The notes under the pieces: generated by a model
Seen by the model: only the letters and a program-made list of their open reading frames with translations
Database searches by the model: none
What the model was told of the DNA's origin: nothing
In this document: positions 12,590-25,745 of the stretch, one piece after another
How positions within the stretch are numbered: position 1 is the first letter of the stretch
Layout of the letters: every line of letters starts with the position of its first letter
Position numbers and translations under genes: made by a program
NCBI GenBank assembly: GCA_032718475.1
Contig: JAUCBJ010006728.1
Location: 1 to 56,640, forward strand
Source: Nemertoderma westbladi
Lineage: Eukaryota > Animalia > Xenacoelomorpha
Direction of reading: 5' to 3'
Length of the DNA stretch: 56,640 bases

Positions 12590-15060
12590 TTGCCACCTCC
12601 ATGCAGCATAAAGGAGGTGCCACCTGTGTCTACATAGACCCTCTTTCTAAGGGCAAATCTGGTCCTGTAACTAGGAATCCCTTCGTTCTGAGGTAGGGAC
12701 GCCCTTGGTCCTGGATTAAAGACCCATATACTTGGCTGCAGGGATATGGCCTGGCCAGCAGATGGTGATCTACCAATGGCTGGTCAGGAGTAGAGTGTTC
12801 TCATATCCACTTTGAGTGCACTTCACTGCGACCTGCACCTGGCAGCAGGGGTACAGGGCATGGCCCAGCAGATGAGCTGCAACAGCCAATGGTGGGTCAT
12901 GTACGTCAGAGTAGGAATGGTTGATGGGTCTCATATCTGACTCCAATGCGACACCCACCCTTTAAAATGGCAAATCAGGGTGTGGTATTTGCCCCGAGAG
13001 CTGACTTGGCAAAAAAAGCACCCCCAACCCCCACTATGGATTACATTAGTATTGCGGAGGTCCGGCCACTAGAGGCCAGTGGAATCACTGGACACAATTG
13101 GCCTCACAGGCGTCAGTTATCTCCTGACCGGCTGCCTGTCTCCCTCTCTCCACGGCCAACAATTCTGTGAGTCGCTTTCCTGACGACATTTCTTGCCCAA
13201 ACCCTGAGTCACCAGGGAGGCCAGATTGTGAGGGGGAGAGGGATTTTGGAGTTGGAGGCTACTCTCATGTTCCACCCCGACCAACAAAGCCATTGGTGAA
13301 TCTGAGGTAAGTCACTAGACTAGCCTTAGTTAACACCCTAACACTCGGGTCTCCAATGCGACAAGGTGAGCTGACTGCCTTGGCAGATAAGCTTTCTCTT
13401 AGCGCAGTTGGTATTCAAGAGCACCGAATGCAGACTGGACAGACTGATGAGGTTCTGATTAAGGACATGGGGGCACAGTTTGCGACTTGCCCTCGCATCA
13501 GCAGATGATAGTGGCAATGGTGGAATTGGTCTATTGATGAATCCAACTGCACATGCAGCATTGGACAAAATAGACAAATCTCTATACATACATCTTCCAT
13601 TAATATGCGGCATTATTAAAAACGGTCTATTGGTATCATACCGTACCTGGGTTTGGTTGGTTTCAATTGGAAGTCAATTATGAGCAGCCAACCGCTTTCT
13701 ATCTCCGATTTGGCGGGCGTTATCAGGCAACTTTTCCTCTCAAAGATCACCAAAGAAACCCTGTACGACGCACTCGAGAATGCCAGCCTGTTTGATGAAA
13801 GCACAGTCACTGATTGATCTGACTGACTGAATCTCATTGATCTCGATTGCTGCAAAGCTATTCAATAGATGAATTCTATTAATCGCATCAGGGATCCCAT
13901 TGAGAGACTGCTCCGTGGAAATCAGAATGGGTTCCGTAAAGGTCGTGGGACCATGGAGCCCATTTTGGCACTTAGAAGGATAATTGAAGAGTTATCAAAA
14001 AAGAAAGACAGGCATCTGGCTGTTATCTTTGTTGACTTCTTCAAGGCCTTTGATTCAGTCTCTCGCTCACGTATGTTCAGCATACTTTCATTATATGGGA
14101 TTCTTGATGAAATTATTGCAGCAATCAGATCAGTATACGATGGTTCGACAACATTTGTGTCTACTGTTGACGGTGACACAGAACCATTTGAAGTGTTATG
14201 GGGCGTCCTCCAAGGAGACACACTTGTACCATTCTTGTTCGTAATTGTGGTTGACTATGTTCTACGCATGTCCTTAGATCATCATAATGATGATGGGGTG
14301 ATGGTCTCCACCTACTGGCTCCATAAGTCGAGGAAATCCTGCCAAGTACCTAACTTATCCAGACTTTGCTGATGACTTAGGAATACTCTCAGAATCACTA
14401 GAGGGAGCCCAATGGCTCCTCAGCTCATTAAAACAGGCTGCTTCAAGTTTGGTATTTTATTATCTCCAAAAAGACCAAAATTTTGACAGTTAACATAGAA
14501 ATTCCTCAGCAAGTCTCAGACCGGATGAGCATAAGCTCAAAGGATGGTATGCTTGAGCATGTGGACGACTTCTGTCACCTGGGATCATGGATCCGGAAGT
14601 CAGGTGAGGACCTTCAAATGCATAAGGGAAAGGCTTGGGCAGCCTTGAATGGGCTGTCCAGGATTTGGAAGTCACATAGAATTCATCGGAAACTTAAAGT
14701 CCGATTATTTCGAGCAGCAGTAGTTCCAATACTCCTCTATGGGAGTCAATGCTGGGCTCTAACTGTTGAGGACACCAAATCTCTGGATGGCACATTCACA
14801 AGAATTCTACGCCGGGTTCACTGTGTCAAGTACAATGCACACATCTCCAACCAGAGACTATATAACATTGGAGGTATCTATTGGTTCCCCCAAGCTTGAC
14901 ACTATAACAAAGCCGCCTCCGCTTTGCAGGACATTGCTTTCGCCGTGAGGACCAGCCAGTGCATAATCTTGTGCTTTGGTGGCTTCATGGCGTGAATAAG
15001 CATGGTGGACAGCCCGCCCATGACTATCTAGCAAATGTCATGGGTGATACCAGCACAGCA
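12590..15060 (+). mobile_element. Decayed RTE-clade LINE with internal deletion
   Basis: APE endonuclease start (..GELTALADKLSLSAVGIQEHR..GGIGLL, ~13350-13580). RT motifs NQNGFRKGR, FVDFFKAFDSV, GVLQGDTL, DFADD (frameshifted), CHLGS and LLYGSQCW in 13830-15050. An unrelated ~250 bp sits between EN and RT. Confidence 0.88.
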
Positions 15061-15611
15061 TTCTTAATATATATGTAATATATATATATATATATAATAT
15101 AGCTGCAATGCAGCATGCCGATCGCGATCCTAGTAGTAGTATTAGTTTTGAGAAATAGCGGAGAAATTTGTGTTATTCTGCTGTTTTACATCCCTCACTA
15201 TTTGAATACAAACATTTTGCAAAAACTTTTTAATTATACAAATTAGGTATTATAATGTGTTATGGAGCTACATGATTGCTCGTCTGGTGAGTCGAGGTCA
15301 CTTTTAAAATAGTGGGGAATATCTTTTGTAACTCTTTTTTTTTATTTGAGATAGACAGTTGCACGGGGACATGGTTTAGAAAACATATGGATGCAATCTT
15401 TATTCATTAGAATAATAACAATAGCACAAACAAAAAAATTTACTTTTATAAATCGCCCAGAAGGCGCCCAATAAACAAATTCATCATAAAATTCCCTCCA
15501 CAACAAACACCTTAGTTCGAGATATCCTATGCTACCTCGCAGCGCAGTTACATTCTTTAATAAATTTCCAAATCACATATATTATATATAATAATAAAGC
15601 AAAAAAAGCAA

Positions 15612-15712
15612 ACAGTCGGCCGAAGCCGGAGGCGACCCGAAGGCTCCTCTTTCGATAGCAGCTACCCGAGGGTAGGGGTGGGCGCTACTCCTATCCCAAA
15701 ATTTGCTCCCAG
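15612..15712. mobile_element. Probable SINE body/tail fragment
   Basis: GC-rich island GGCGACCCGAAGGCTCCTCTTTCGATAGC..GGGCGCTACTCC..TTGCTCC that resembles, from recall, the body of invertebrate SINEs. Not verified by search. Confidence 0.5.
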
Positions 15713-16040
15713 TTATATAACTAGGAGATATATAATAATAACTACTGATTATATATTTACTTTGGGGCTGTTTACATATTACCACATCCGCGATTGTGCT
15801 AATATTATTAATATTAATATTTATTATATGTAACTGAACCTTCTGGATCATTCTGGATCCTGACTAGACCATATCACTTAGAATATATAGGTTATCTTGA
15901 AGTTAGTTGTCTGGTATTACAATATTTTAAATGATCTAAACAATAAGAATTTATAATATAAAATAAACAATAAATTATATTTAACTATAATTATATGACT
16001 ACAACTAATGCGAACAACTAAAATAGCATTAATAATTAAC

Positions 16041-19000
16041 AGTAGTGGGGTGTAACATAATCCCTGTAGTAACAGTGGGGTGTAACAGGATCCCTGAAGT
16101 AACAGTGGGGTGTAACATGATCCCTGAAGTAACAGTGGGATGTAACATGATCCCTGAAGTAACAGTGGGGTGTAACATGATCCCTGAAGTAACAGTGGGG
16201 TGTAACATGATCCCTGTAGTAACAGTGGGGTGTAACATGATCTCTGAAGTAACAGTGGGATGTAACATGATCCCTGAAGTAACAGTGGGGTGTAACATGA
16301 TCCCTGAAGTAACAGTGGGGTGTAACATGATCCCTGAAGTAACAGTGGGGTGTAACATGATCCCTGAAGTAACAGTGGGGTGTAACATGATCCCTGAAGT
16401 AACAGTGGGGTGTAACAGGATCCCTGAAGTAACAGTGGGGTGTAACATGATCCCTGAAGTAACAGTGGGGTGTAACATGATCCCTGAAGTAACAGTGGGG
16501 TGTAACATGATTCCTGAAGTAACAGTGGGGTGTAACATGATCCCTGAAGTAACAGTGGGGTGTAACATGATCCCTGTAGTAACAGTGGGGTGTAACATGA
16601 TCCCTGAAGTAACAGTGGGGTGTGACATGATCCATGTAGTAACAGTGGGGTGTAACATGATCCCTGAAGTAACAGTGGGGTGTAACAGGATCCCTGAAGT
16701 AACAGTGGGGTGTAACATGATCCCTGAAGTAACAGTGGGGTGTAACATGATCCCTGAAGTAACAGTGGGGTGTAACATGATCCCTGTAGTAACAGTGGGG
16801 TGTAACATGATCCCTGTAGTAACAGTGGGGTGTAACATTATCCCTGTAGTAACAGTGGGGTGTAACATGATCCCTGTAGTATGAATTCAGAGTATGAATA
16901 CATCTGTGGAAGAAGTAAGTAACATGATCCCTGAAGTAACAGTGGGGTGTAACATGATCCCTGTAGTATGAATTCAGAGTATGAATACATCTGTGGAAGA
17001 AGTAAGTAACATGATCCCTGAAGTAACAGTGGGGTGTAACATGATCCCTGTAGTAACAGTGGGGTGTAACATGATCCCTGTAGTAACAGTGGGGTGTAAC
17101 ATGATCCCTGAAGTAACAGTGGGATGTAACATGATCCCTGAAGTAACAGTGGGGTGTAACATGATCCCTGAAGTAACAGTGGGATGTAACATGATCCCTG
17201 AAGTAACAGTGGGGTGTAACATGATCCCTGAAGTGACAGTGGGGCGTAACAGGATCCCTGAAGTAACAGTGGGGTGTAACATGATCCCTGAAGTAACAGT
17301 GGGGTGTAACATGATCCCTGAAGTAACAGTGGGGTGTAACATGATCCCTGAAGTAACAGTAGGGTGTAACATGATCCCTGAAGTAACAGTGGGGTGTAAC
17401 ATGATCCCTGTAGTAACAGTGGGGTGTAACATGATCCCTGAAGTAACAGTGGGGTGTAACATGATCCCTGTAGTAACAGTGGGGTGTAACATGATCCCTG
17501 AAGTAACAGTGGGGTGTAACATGATCCCTGAAGTAACAGTGGGGTGTAACATGATCCCTGAAGTAACAGTGGGGTGTAACATGATCCCTGAAGTAACAGT
17601 GGGGTGTAACATGATCCCTGTAGTAACAGTGGGGTGTAACATGATCCCTGAAGTAACAGTGGGATGTAACATGATCCCTGAAGTAACAGTGGGGTGTAAC
17701 ATGATACCTGAAGTAACAGTGGGATGTAACATGATCCCTGAAGTAACAGTGGGGTGTAACATGATCCCTGAAGTAACAGTGGGGTGTAACAGGATCCCTG
17801 AAGTAACAGTGGGGTGTAACATGATCCCTGAAGTAACAGTGGGGTGTAACATGATCCCTGAAGTAACAGTGGGGTGTAACATGATCCCTGAAGTAACAGT
17901 GGGGTGTAACATGATCCCTGAAGTAACAGTGGGGTGTAACATGATCCCTGTAGTAACAGTGGGGTGTAACATGATCCCTGAAGTAACAGTGGGGTGTAAC
18001 ATGATCCCTGTAGTAACAGTGGGGTGTAACATGATCCCTGAAGTAACAGTGGGGTGTAACATGATCCCTGAAGTAACAGTGGGGTGTAACATGATCCCTG
18101 AAGTAACAGTGGGGTGTAACATGATCCCTGAAGTAACAGTGGGGTGTAACTTGATCCCTGTAGTAACAGTGGGGTGTAACATGATCCCTGTAGTAACAGT
18201 GGGGTGTAACATGATCCCTGTAGTAACAGTGGGGTGTAACATGATCCCTGTAGTATGAATTCAGAGTATGAATACATCTGTGGAAGAAGTAAGTAACATG
18301 ATCCCTGAAGTAACAGTGGGGTGTAACATGATCCCTGTAGTATGAATTCAGAGTATGAATACATCTGTGGAAGAAGTAAGTAACATGATCCCTGAAGTAA
18401 CAGTGGGGTGTAACATGATCCCTGTAGTATGAATTCAGAGTATGAATACATCTGTGGAAGAAGTAAGTAACATGATCCCTGAAGTAACAGTGGGGTGTAA
18501 CATGATCCCTGTAGTAACAGTGGGGTGTAACATGATCCCTGAAGTAACAGTGGGGTGTAACATGATCCCTGAAGTAACAGTGGGGTGTAACATGATCCCT
18601 GTAGTAACAGTGGGGTGTAACATGATCCCTGTAGTAACAGTGGGGTGTAACATGATCCCTGAAGTAACAGTGGGGTGTAACATGATCCCTGTAGTAACAG
18701 TGGGGTGTAACATGATCCCTGAAGTAACAGTGGGGTGTAACATGATCCCTGAAGTAACAGTGGGGTGTAACATTATCCCTGTAGAAACAGTGGGGTGTAA
18801 CATGATCCCTGTAGTAACAGTGGGGTGTAACATGATCCCTGTAGTAACAGTGGGGTGTAACATGATCCCTGAAGTAACAGTGGGGTGTAACATGATCCCT
18901 GTAGTAACAGTGGGGTGTAACATGATCCCTGTAGTAACAGTGGGGTGTAACATGATCCCTGAAGTAACAGTGGGGTGTAACATGATCCCTGAAGCAACAG

Positions 19001-19541
19001 TGGGGTGTAACATGATCCCTGAAGTAACAGTGGGGTGTAACATGATCCCTGTAGTAACAGTGGGGTGTAACATGATCCCTGTAGTAACAGTGGGGTGTAA
19101 CATGATCCCTGAAGTAACAGTGGGGTGTAACATGATCCCTGAAGTAACAGTGGGGTGTAACATGATCCCTGAAGTAATAGTGGGGTGTAACATGATCCCT
19201 GTAGTAACAGTGGGGTGTAACATGATCCCTGTAGTAACAGTGGGGTGTAACATGATCCCTGAAGTAACAGTGGGGTGTAACATGATCCCTGAAGTAACAG
19301 TGGGGTGTAACATGATCCCTGTAGTAACAGTGGGGTGTAACATGATCCCTGTAGTAACAGTGGGGTGTAACATGATCCCTGAAGTAAGAGTGGGGTGTAA
19401 CATGATCCCTGAAGTAACAGTGGGGTGTAACATGATCCCTGTAGTAACAGTGGGGTGTAACATGATCCCTGTAGTAACAGTGGGGTGTAACATGATCCCT
19501 GTAGTATGAATTCAGAGTATGAATCCATCTGTGGAAGAAGT
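16041..19541. repeat. 30-bp minisatellite (GTAACAGTGGGGTGTAACATGATCCCTGAA) with interspersed copies of its right flank
   Basis: More than 100 copies at period 30. A GTATGAATTCAGAGTATGAATACATCTGTGGAAGAAG block recurs at ~16879, 16966, 18253, 18340, 18427 and 19503. Confidence 0.98.
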
Positions 19542-19623
19542 ATGACCATCATCCAAACCCCAGCATGATGTGCTAAATGACAAACTTCGTTTCTTTGTTA
19601 ACATCAATGGCGAGATTGTATCC

Positions 19624-20265
19624 TGTAAACCCCATATAATATTAATGTTGTTGTTTTGCGAGTGAACCGATGAAAGCACACAAAATAAATATCATTCCAT
19701 GAACCAATATGATCTTGAATCTTTATGCAATTGAGGTTTCCGAATCTCCTTGGACACCATGAAAAACTTATAGCTGTATAATATAATAAACATATAAGTT
19801 TTGTTATGAACACAATGTGGGGCGAGGCACGAAGTGAGTGTGGCTTAGACAGCAATAACAACAAAGTATCCAGAAAAAACAGTAAGACTGAATACTCTCC
19901 TTATGATCGACTAAAAGCTACACGTCGACAGGAAAAATCGCTCTGATTGGCTCAAGCCAAACAAAGAACCTTGCATCTAATGGCTGTTTCCATGTCAGCA
20001 ACCAGCTGCTAGATGTCGTAATATGAATTATCACGGCTAAGCTATGAAAGGTAGTTGGTGCATTACAGGTTTTTTGCCTTACCATGTCCGCCAAAACACG
20101 TATATAGCAGAATGATTTTTATGTCCGTTAAAACACCTGTAAAGGTACCTTGCGGGCGAGGGGAATATATATACAGTTAGAGAACCTTTTTAGAGTATTC
20201 CAGCGCCTGGGGGAGAACTGGCCAGCAAAGGCAAACGTATCAGTTATTCCACAAAAGCTTTTACA
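19624..20265 (-). mobile_element. Solo LTR related to the right part of the BEL LTRs
   Basis: TGTAAA...TTTACA termini and a 5-bp TSD with one mismatch (TATCC/TATAC). Shares CGCTCTGATTGG, CAGCTGCTAG, TTTTATGTCCG.TAAAACACC and CAAAAGCTTTTACA blocks with 24800-25106. Confidence 0.75.
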
Positions 20266-20429
20266 TATACCGTTATTCGTGTTATCAGTATTTGCAACAT
20301 CTGACATTGAAGAGGTGAGAGAAGATGAATACTGGAATACCGGCACTCAACAAAACCAACGCTTATCACAGGTTACCTCGAAACCGGCGCGACTGTCCAC
20401 TCGAATACAACTTCAAAACACAAACGCCA

Positions 20430-20660
20430 ATAATAAACTGAAAGCGAATCGAACGTCTTCAGAAGAATCTGTCATTGGGACGATGAAAAGGAAGCCGAAA
20501 CCACGGGAATGGACCACAGCTAAGATTTAATGCTCCCATTGTCAGAGTTCATGGACCGAAATTGAAACACCAATTGCCGATGGGCTTGATCTCTCAAACC
20601 AAAACTTCCTCTGCGGGGTTTGCGCGGCAGTAAAGATTGAAAGTCTGGAAGCTGGCATCC
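20430..20660 (+). pseudogene. Possible degraded PHD/Zn-finger N-terminus of a LINE ORF1
   Basis: Reading through a stop gives WTTAKI*CSHCQSSW..NFLCGVCAAVKIESLE (CxxC..W..FxCxxC followed by coiled-coil-like residues). Confidence 0.3.
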
Positions 20661-23329
20661 CTAGGTATTATTATTATAAAGAGCGTCAGCATGCGTTTAA
20701 TAAATATATTTTAATACAAAACAGGTCGAACGCAAAGAGGCTTATAATGAAGACGAGTACTGCATTGATTATATTCCTATAAACCACCTGGCTTTGCAAA
20801 TTGAACGTGCGTTTGGAAATATGTTCGTGCTACCCTTCCGTGGGTGGTAGATGTCGCGGTTATGTATTGGGGGGATGGGGGGGGGGGGGGGGGGGTGCAG
20901 ATTAAAAGGGGTGAACACGTACTGTCCCCCTTTCTTTGATTAATTGGTGGTGTGGGTTAATCTCTCATAACCTGATTTTGTGATACAGTCGCACAATTTT
21001 AATTTGTATCTCATAACTGGGCCTCGTGCTGCGCGAAGGCCCCACGAACGTGTACAAGCCTCCTATGAAAGTTTGTGCTATGTTCCCTTAAGTCTACCCA
21101 ACAGCCGTTGGTACCCGGCTGGCACCCTGGTTCAATTTTCTGGTTTTGTCTAGTTTAATCGACAGCTATTGTAAACGTCCCAGATATACAAAACCTACTA
21201 AGCCTTTACATTACAATTGAGATTAGCCTGAGTTGATGACAGTATTATAACGATGACAATTAGGCCCTATAGATACATACGATATATAAATGATGTCCTG
21301 CTTGACATTACACTAACTGACTGAATAGAGATATAACTATAATAATATAACAATAATGTAGTCCGTAACTCAAATTAACAGTAAGTAGTGAAAAGTTGTT
21401 CAGCTGACAAAGTGTAGCTGTGGGTATTTAATTTCGCGTTCCATAATGTTGATAATATGCTAATATTTCGAATATCGCACATCAAATCGTTCCCAACTTT
21501 TTTATTCAACAACTAGATACTAATTGATAAATAGTCGCGTTAAAAATTGTTGCGTACCAGCTTGAGTTTTTGAGATATTGGATTGTTATACACACATACA
21601 CACATAACCACATCGTGTTTTTAAACGGCTCAACTCTTGACAAGAACTACCCAGTCTAAAGACAGGTTCGTTATAAAATAGCAGTTTATAGCGTTATGGC
21701 ATTCGAGTGATGTTCTTTAACAAAACGAGGGCCGGTGAAGCTTTAAAGCGCTGATTATGAATCTGGCAAATGAGTGAATATTATGAAAGGCGAATCTATA
21801 TGTTTATATATGTGTAGGTTATTATTAATTAATAATTATTACGCATTATAAAACTTAAATGTTCTAGTGGAATTGTCACAGGAAAGCATGGCATGTTAAT
21901 TATAAACAATTTAATCTCCTACCACAGTAGCGTAATATCACGTTAGGTAATGAATGTAAGAGGCGTTGGTTCGAATTCCACCCAAATTATTGTGTTCTAA
22001 GTTTTAGGTATTTGGGTAGGTTTTTGGTTTGCGGTAATTAATTATTGTGAAATAGTGTCAAAGTATTCAACGAATTTCCACCATCATACATTACATTACA
22101 TCATTAGGATGTAAATTGGATTAAATTAAATTAAACATGCTTAAACGTTTGTTAAGTATGCGATTTCCTCAAATATGTTACTTATCTTTTAATATAAAAT
22201 GTTGGTGCCTTCCAGAAAATAGAACTTCCAATTTAACAGATATCCTGCCGCCATTACTAGTTGCCTCCAGTGTTTCATGTTTCACACGTTGACGGATAAG
22301 TTTGTTTTTATTGCTTTTATTCTTTGTTACTTTGCCAGTAAAGTATACTTTGTGGCGTTTCGCCTTTCATGACATGAGTCAGTGGCACTCCCCACCATGA
22401 TTAAATTCATTGTTATTAGTAAGAAAACACCTCTAGTGTTGCAAACTATTGTTAAGCTAATGATCTGTTGCTATATGTATAGTACGTCAGAAGGGTGGGG
22501 TGGATTGAAGTCAAATAGGTAATTAGTGAGTTTCCAGTTATTGAAAAGCGTTCAAGTGATGTTTCTGTACCCTGTACTACTACTATATATGTACCGCAGA
22601 AGAGTACAAAACTGTACCAATGCCGACAGCGCTCAGATAAAAGGTAGACCGGGAAATAGTCCCTCATATCTTGCATGTCCACAATTTACGCACGCATTGC
22701 CTCCCGTTGTAAATATACCCATCTGTCAATGTGGATGTTTGCAAGGATTCCAAATAAGTAATAAAATCACAATTTCGTTGCGAAATAGCTGAGATATGGG
22801 CGATCGAATGTTGGAATGTTTCATGGTTTTGCAATCTCGTCAAAAATACACATAATTCTGGAACATTATATCATCTCATACGTAGCTGGGCAACAATGCA
22901 ATGCCTATTTAATCATACTATTATGTAGTTATTCATTCATAAAGAAAATATTCTAGTTCTAGAATATGGTATATTTATTAAATAGAATATAGCCCAGATG
23001 CAAAACCATGCAACTTTTAAACGCCAATATTCCAGCAATTTTTCAACGCGTTAAGGTTTTGTAATAACTGCAGTACGGATGGTCCAATATTAGTCTGGTT
23101 CCTTTTTGCCGAAATGGTTATGGTGAAGGCAAATTTGGGTAATCAGTGTGTTATGCACACACACACACACGTATACCGGCAAACCACTCGAAACGCTAAC
23201 GTGCTCTTTTTCGTCCAAAGTGCTAACTGTTCCAGACGCATGCAAATCAACTATACACCTAACTAACAAATTCTCTAGAAGGTCGCTAGAGTACAAGGGT
23301 GGTAAAGACTACACATATACCATAGCCCT

Positions 23330-23490
23330 AACTGCATTGTCTATTAATGTTGTGCTAACTGCAAACCTGAACAGTATTACTATACACCTAACTGCAAGGT
23401 CTAATTAATGTTGTGCTAACTGCAAACCCGAACAGTATTATTATATACCTAACTGCATGGTTTATTCATGTTGTAGGCCTACTAACTAAG
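23330..23490. repeat. Short ~60-bp tandem repeat (2-3 diverged copies)
   Basis: TGTGCTAACTGCAAACC.GAACAGTATTA.TATA.ACCTAACTGCA repeated at 23351 and 23412. Confidence 0.75.
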
Positions 23491-23570
23491 TGTTTAAACA
23501 GCATCAAACATTTCAGCATTTCTGTAATTCGTCTCGTGATCCTTATTTTGGCATTCGGCCAATTCGGCAT

Positions 23571-23922
23571 TCGTGGGACCATGGAGCCCATAGGATACCC
23601 GAAGGATAATTGAAGAGTTATCAAAAAAGAAAGATAGGCATCTGGCAGTTATGTTTGTTGACTTCTCCGAGGCCTTTGATTCAGTCTCTCTCTCACGTAT
23701 GTTCAGCATACTTTCATTATATGGGATTCCTGATGAAATTATTGCAGCAATCAGATCAGTATACGATGGTTCGACAACATTTGTCTCTACTGTTGACGGT
23801 GACAGAGAACCATTTGAAGTGTAATGGGACGTCCTCCAGGGAGACACACTTGCACCATTCTTGTTCATAATTGTGGTTGACTATGTTCTACGCACGTCCT
23901 TAGATCATCATAATGATGATGG
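23571..23922 (+). mobile_element. RTE RT fragment, close paralog of 13943-14297, cut by the BEL LTR
   Basis: Near-identical to the RTE copy above. Ends at ..GATGATGG exactly where TGTTCGCG begins. Confidence 0.9.
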
Positions 23923-25106
23923 TGTTCGCGCTTTTAGACCTTTGGCAGTTTAACCCGCCAAATTAGGATGTCTTCTAGATAATAAATCACTTTTAGCCTA
24001 TGACAAGTATTTAATTCACTACACTAGTCGAAACCAATCTGTGCGCGATCATTCACCCGCTGGATATACCCGGGAGATTGGGTTCGACGGCTTAATCTTA
24101 TTGCTATGTAAGCTTAATGTATTATTCGACTGACAGTATTATATAATCTCTGACAATATTATTCACCTTCGGGAAATATTAACAGTTCCTTTAGGACGTG
24201 GCGCTCTATCTATACAAACAGAGTTATGACTTAAACTACTCACAACGATATGGCTTAGTTATAATTCACATATATGGCGCATTCTTTAGGAAATGCTTCG
24301 TTATCAGGCTCACTCATACACAATGCTGCACAATACTGCACACTGATCTGCCGATCTTCACTGATTTTAGTCACATATAAAAGGAACACGGACCGAATCA
24401 TGTAGGGTCTATCAAATAACATTAGATTCACTTCAAACCACTCAACATAGGTCGCAATCATTTATCTGTAACCCTTCTCTCTTACCTTCGGTATATCAAG
24501 AATATTGGGTTTTCGGGGTTATTTGTCGTTATTCAAAATATAATAATTCATCAACCATATTATGAAGAACCGACAGTAAATAGCAGTATAACAATATAAA
24601 GTATGCACAGGTTGTTTGATTAGGTATGGTATGTTATGTTGTGATAAATGCAGATAACGGATATATGTCCTTATAATTAAGCCTACTAGTGTAGGACTAA
24701 AAACTGAAAACACGGAGGTGCCAAAAGCCGGTTCTTAGGCTCTGGGCAAAACATAACACTGAACTACTGAGTTTCTGTATACACCTCCAACACAGAGACA
24801 ACAAACGCTCTGATTGGTCAACCTGAACAACGAGAGAACAAAGAAACAAAGAAACGTCGACGTGGCAATATCAGCTGCTAGCCGTCGTCATGGTAGCGAC
24901 ACTGTTTTCAAGAGTATCGAGCTTTTACGTCACAGAATTACGGATTATGTCCTCTAAAGTACAAATACAGAAGAAATAGCTTTTATGTCCGCTAAAACAC
25001 CAGTACAGCAAGGACACGGCCTTTTTATGCCTGGTAAACCAACTACAGAGTATTTTACGGGAAAAATAAGGAAAAATAACCGGACAATTCAGCAAAAGCT
25101 TTTACA
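23923..25106 (-). repeat. 3' LTR of BEL element
   Basis: TGTTCGCG...GCAAAAGCTTTTACA. Aligns with 35653-36910 except for a divergent block at ~24700-24860. Minus-strand CCAAT (~24815) and TCAGT Inr-like motifs (~24760). Confidence 0.85.
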
Positions 25107-25116
25107 CCGCTCCCAG
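25107..25116 (-). promoter_or_regulatory. Putative polypurine tract
   Basis: The minus strand reads CTGGGAGCGG immediately before the LTR start TGTAAAAGC. Confidence 0.5.
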
Positions 25117-25745
25117 AAAATGGGATTTTCAGTCTATAAAATATAAAAATCACAGTTTCTAAAACATAAAGATACTCTAAACAGTTAGTCTTTCTTACGC
25201 AGACGGCGTTTACGCAGTTTTTCGAGGCTAGCAAGAGTCTTTTTCTCTTTGGGGGGAGCCACTTTACTAGGAGGGCCATAACTCCTGGGTGAAGGGTGCA
25301 ATATGATTGCATCAGAAGGTGTAGGTTTATGGTCGAGGTATCTGCCGTTTCGATATGCTTCTCCTCGAGCTGATTTTCCTCCGCTCGTAGCTGGATACGT
25401 TCATCCAAAAACTCTCGCAGAGAATAGGATCGTCCAAGTTCGATAACTTCTTAGAGATTCTGGATTTCCCAATCGAATTGAGATAAGGCCAATTCGTTTA
25501 TCGATTGGACTTACTGTTATAACTTACGTTTATCTGAACAAACGCAGGTTTCTTTTTTGATCTTTATAGAATAGCGTTTAACTCGTTTCGTACAACGCTC
25601 TCCTTCACCTTGATGAGGGGTTGTATCGCGTTAAACGGGGACGACCATACGGTTGGATAGTGATATTAGGTGTCCGCGTCACAATCCGGCTAGGTAAGAT
25701 GGGCGGCTAGCTAGAAATCACTGTCGGAGTGTTACCGATTAATTG

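Noticed and set aside
16041-19541. CRISPR-like array
   Set aside because: No unique spacers, no cas genes, and a eukaryotic context. The same applies to the other arrays.
16029-19552. Repetitive ORFs on both strands
   Set aside because: Artefacts of the 30-bp tandem unit.
21925-21990. tRNA gene
   Set aside because: It has a B-box-like GGTTCGAATTCC but no cloverleaf. At most a SINE relic.
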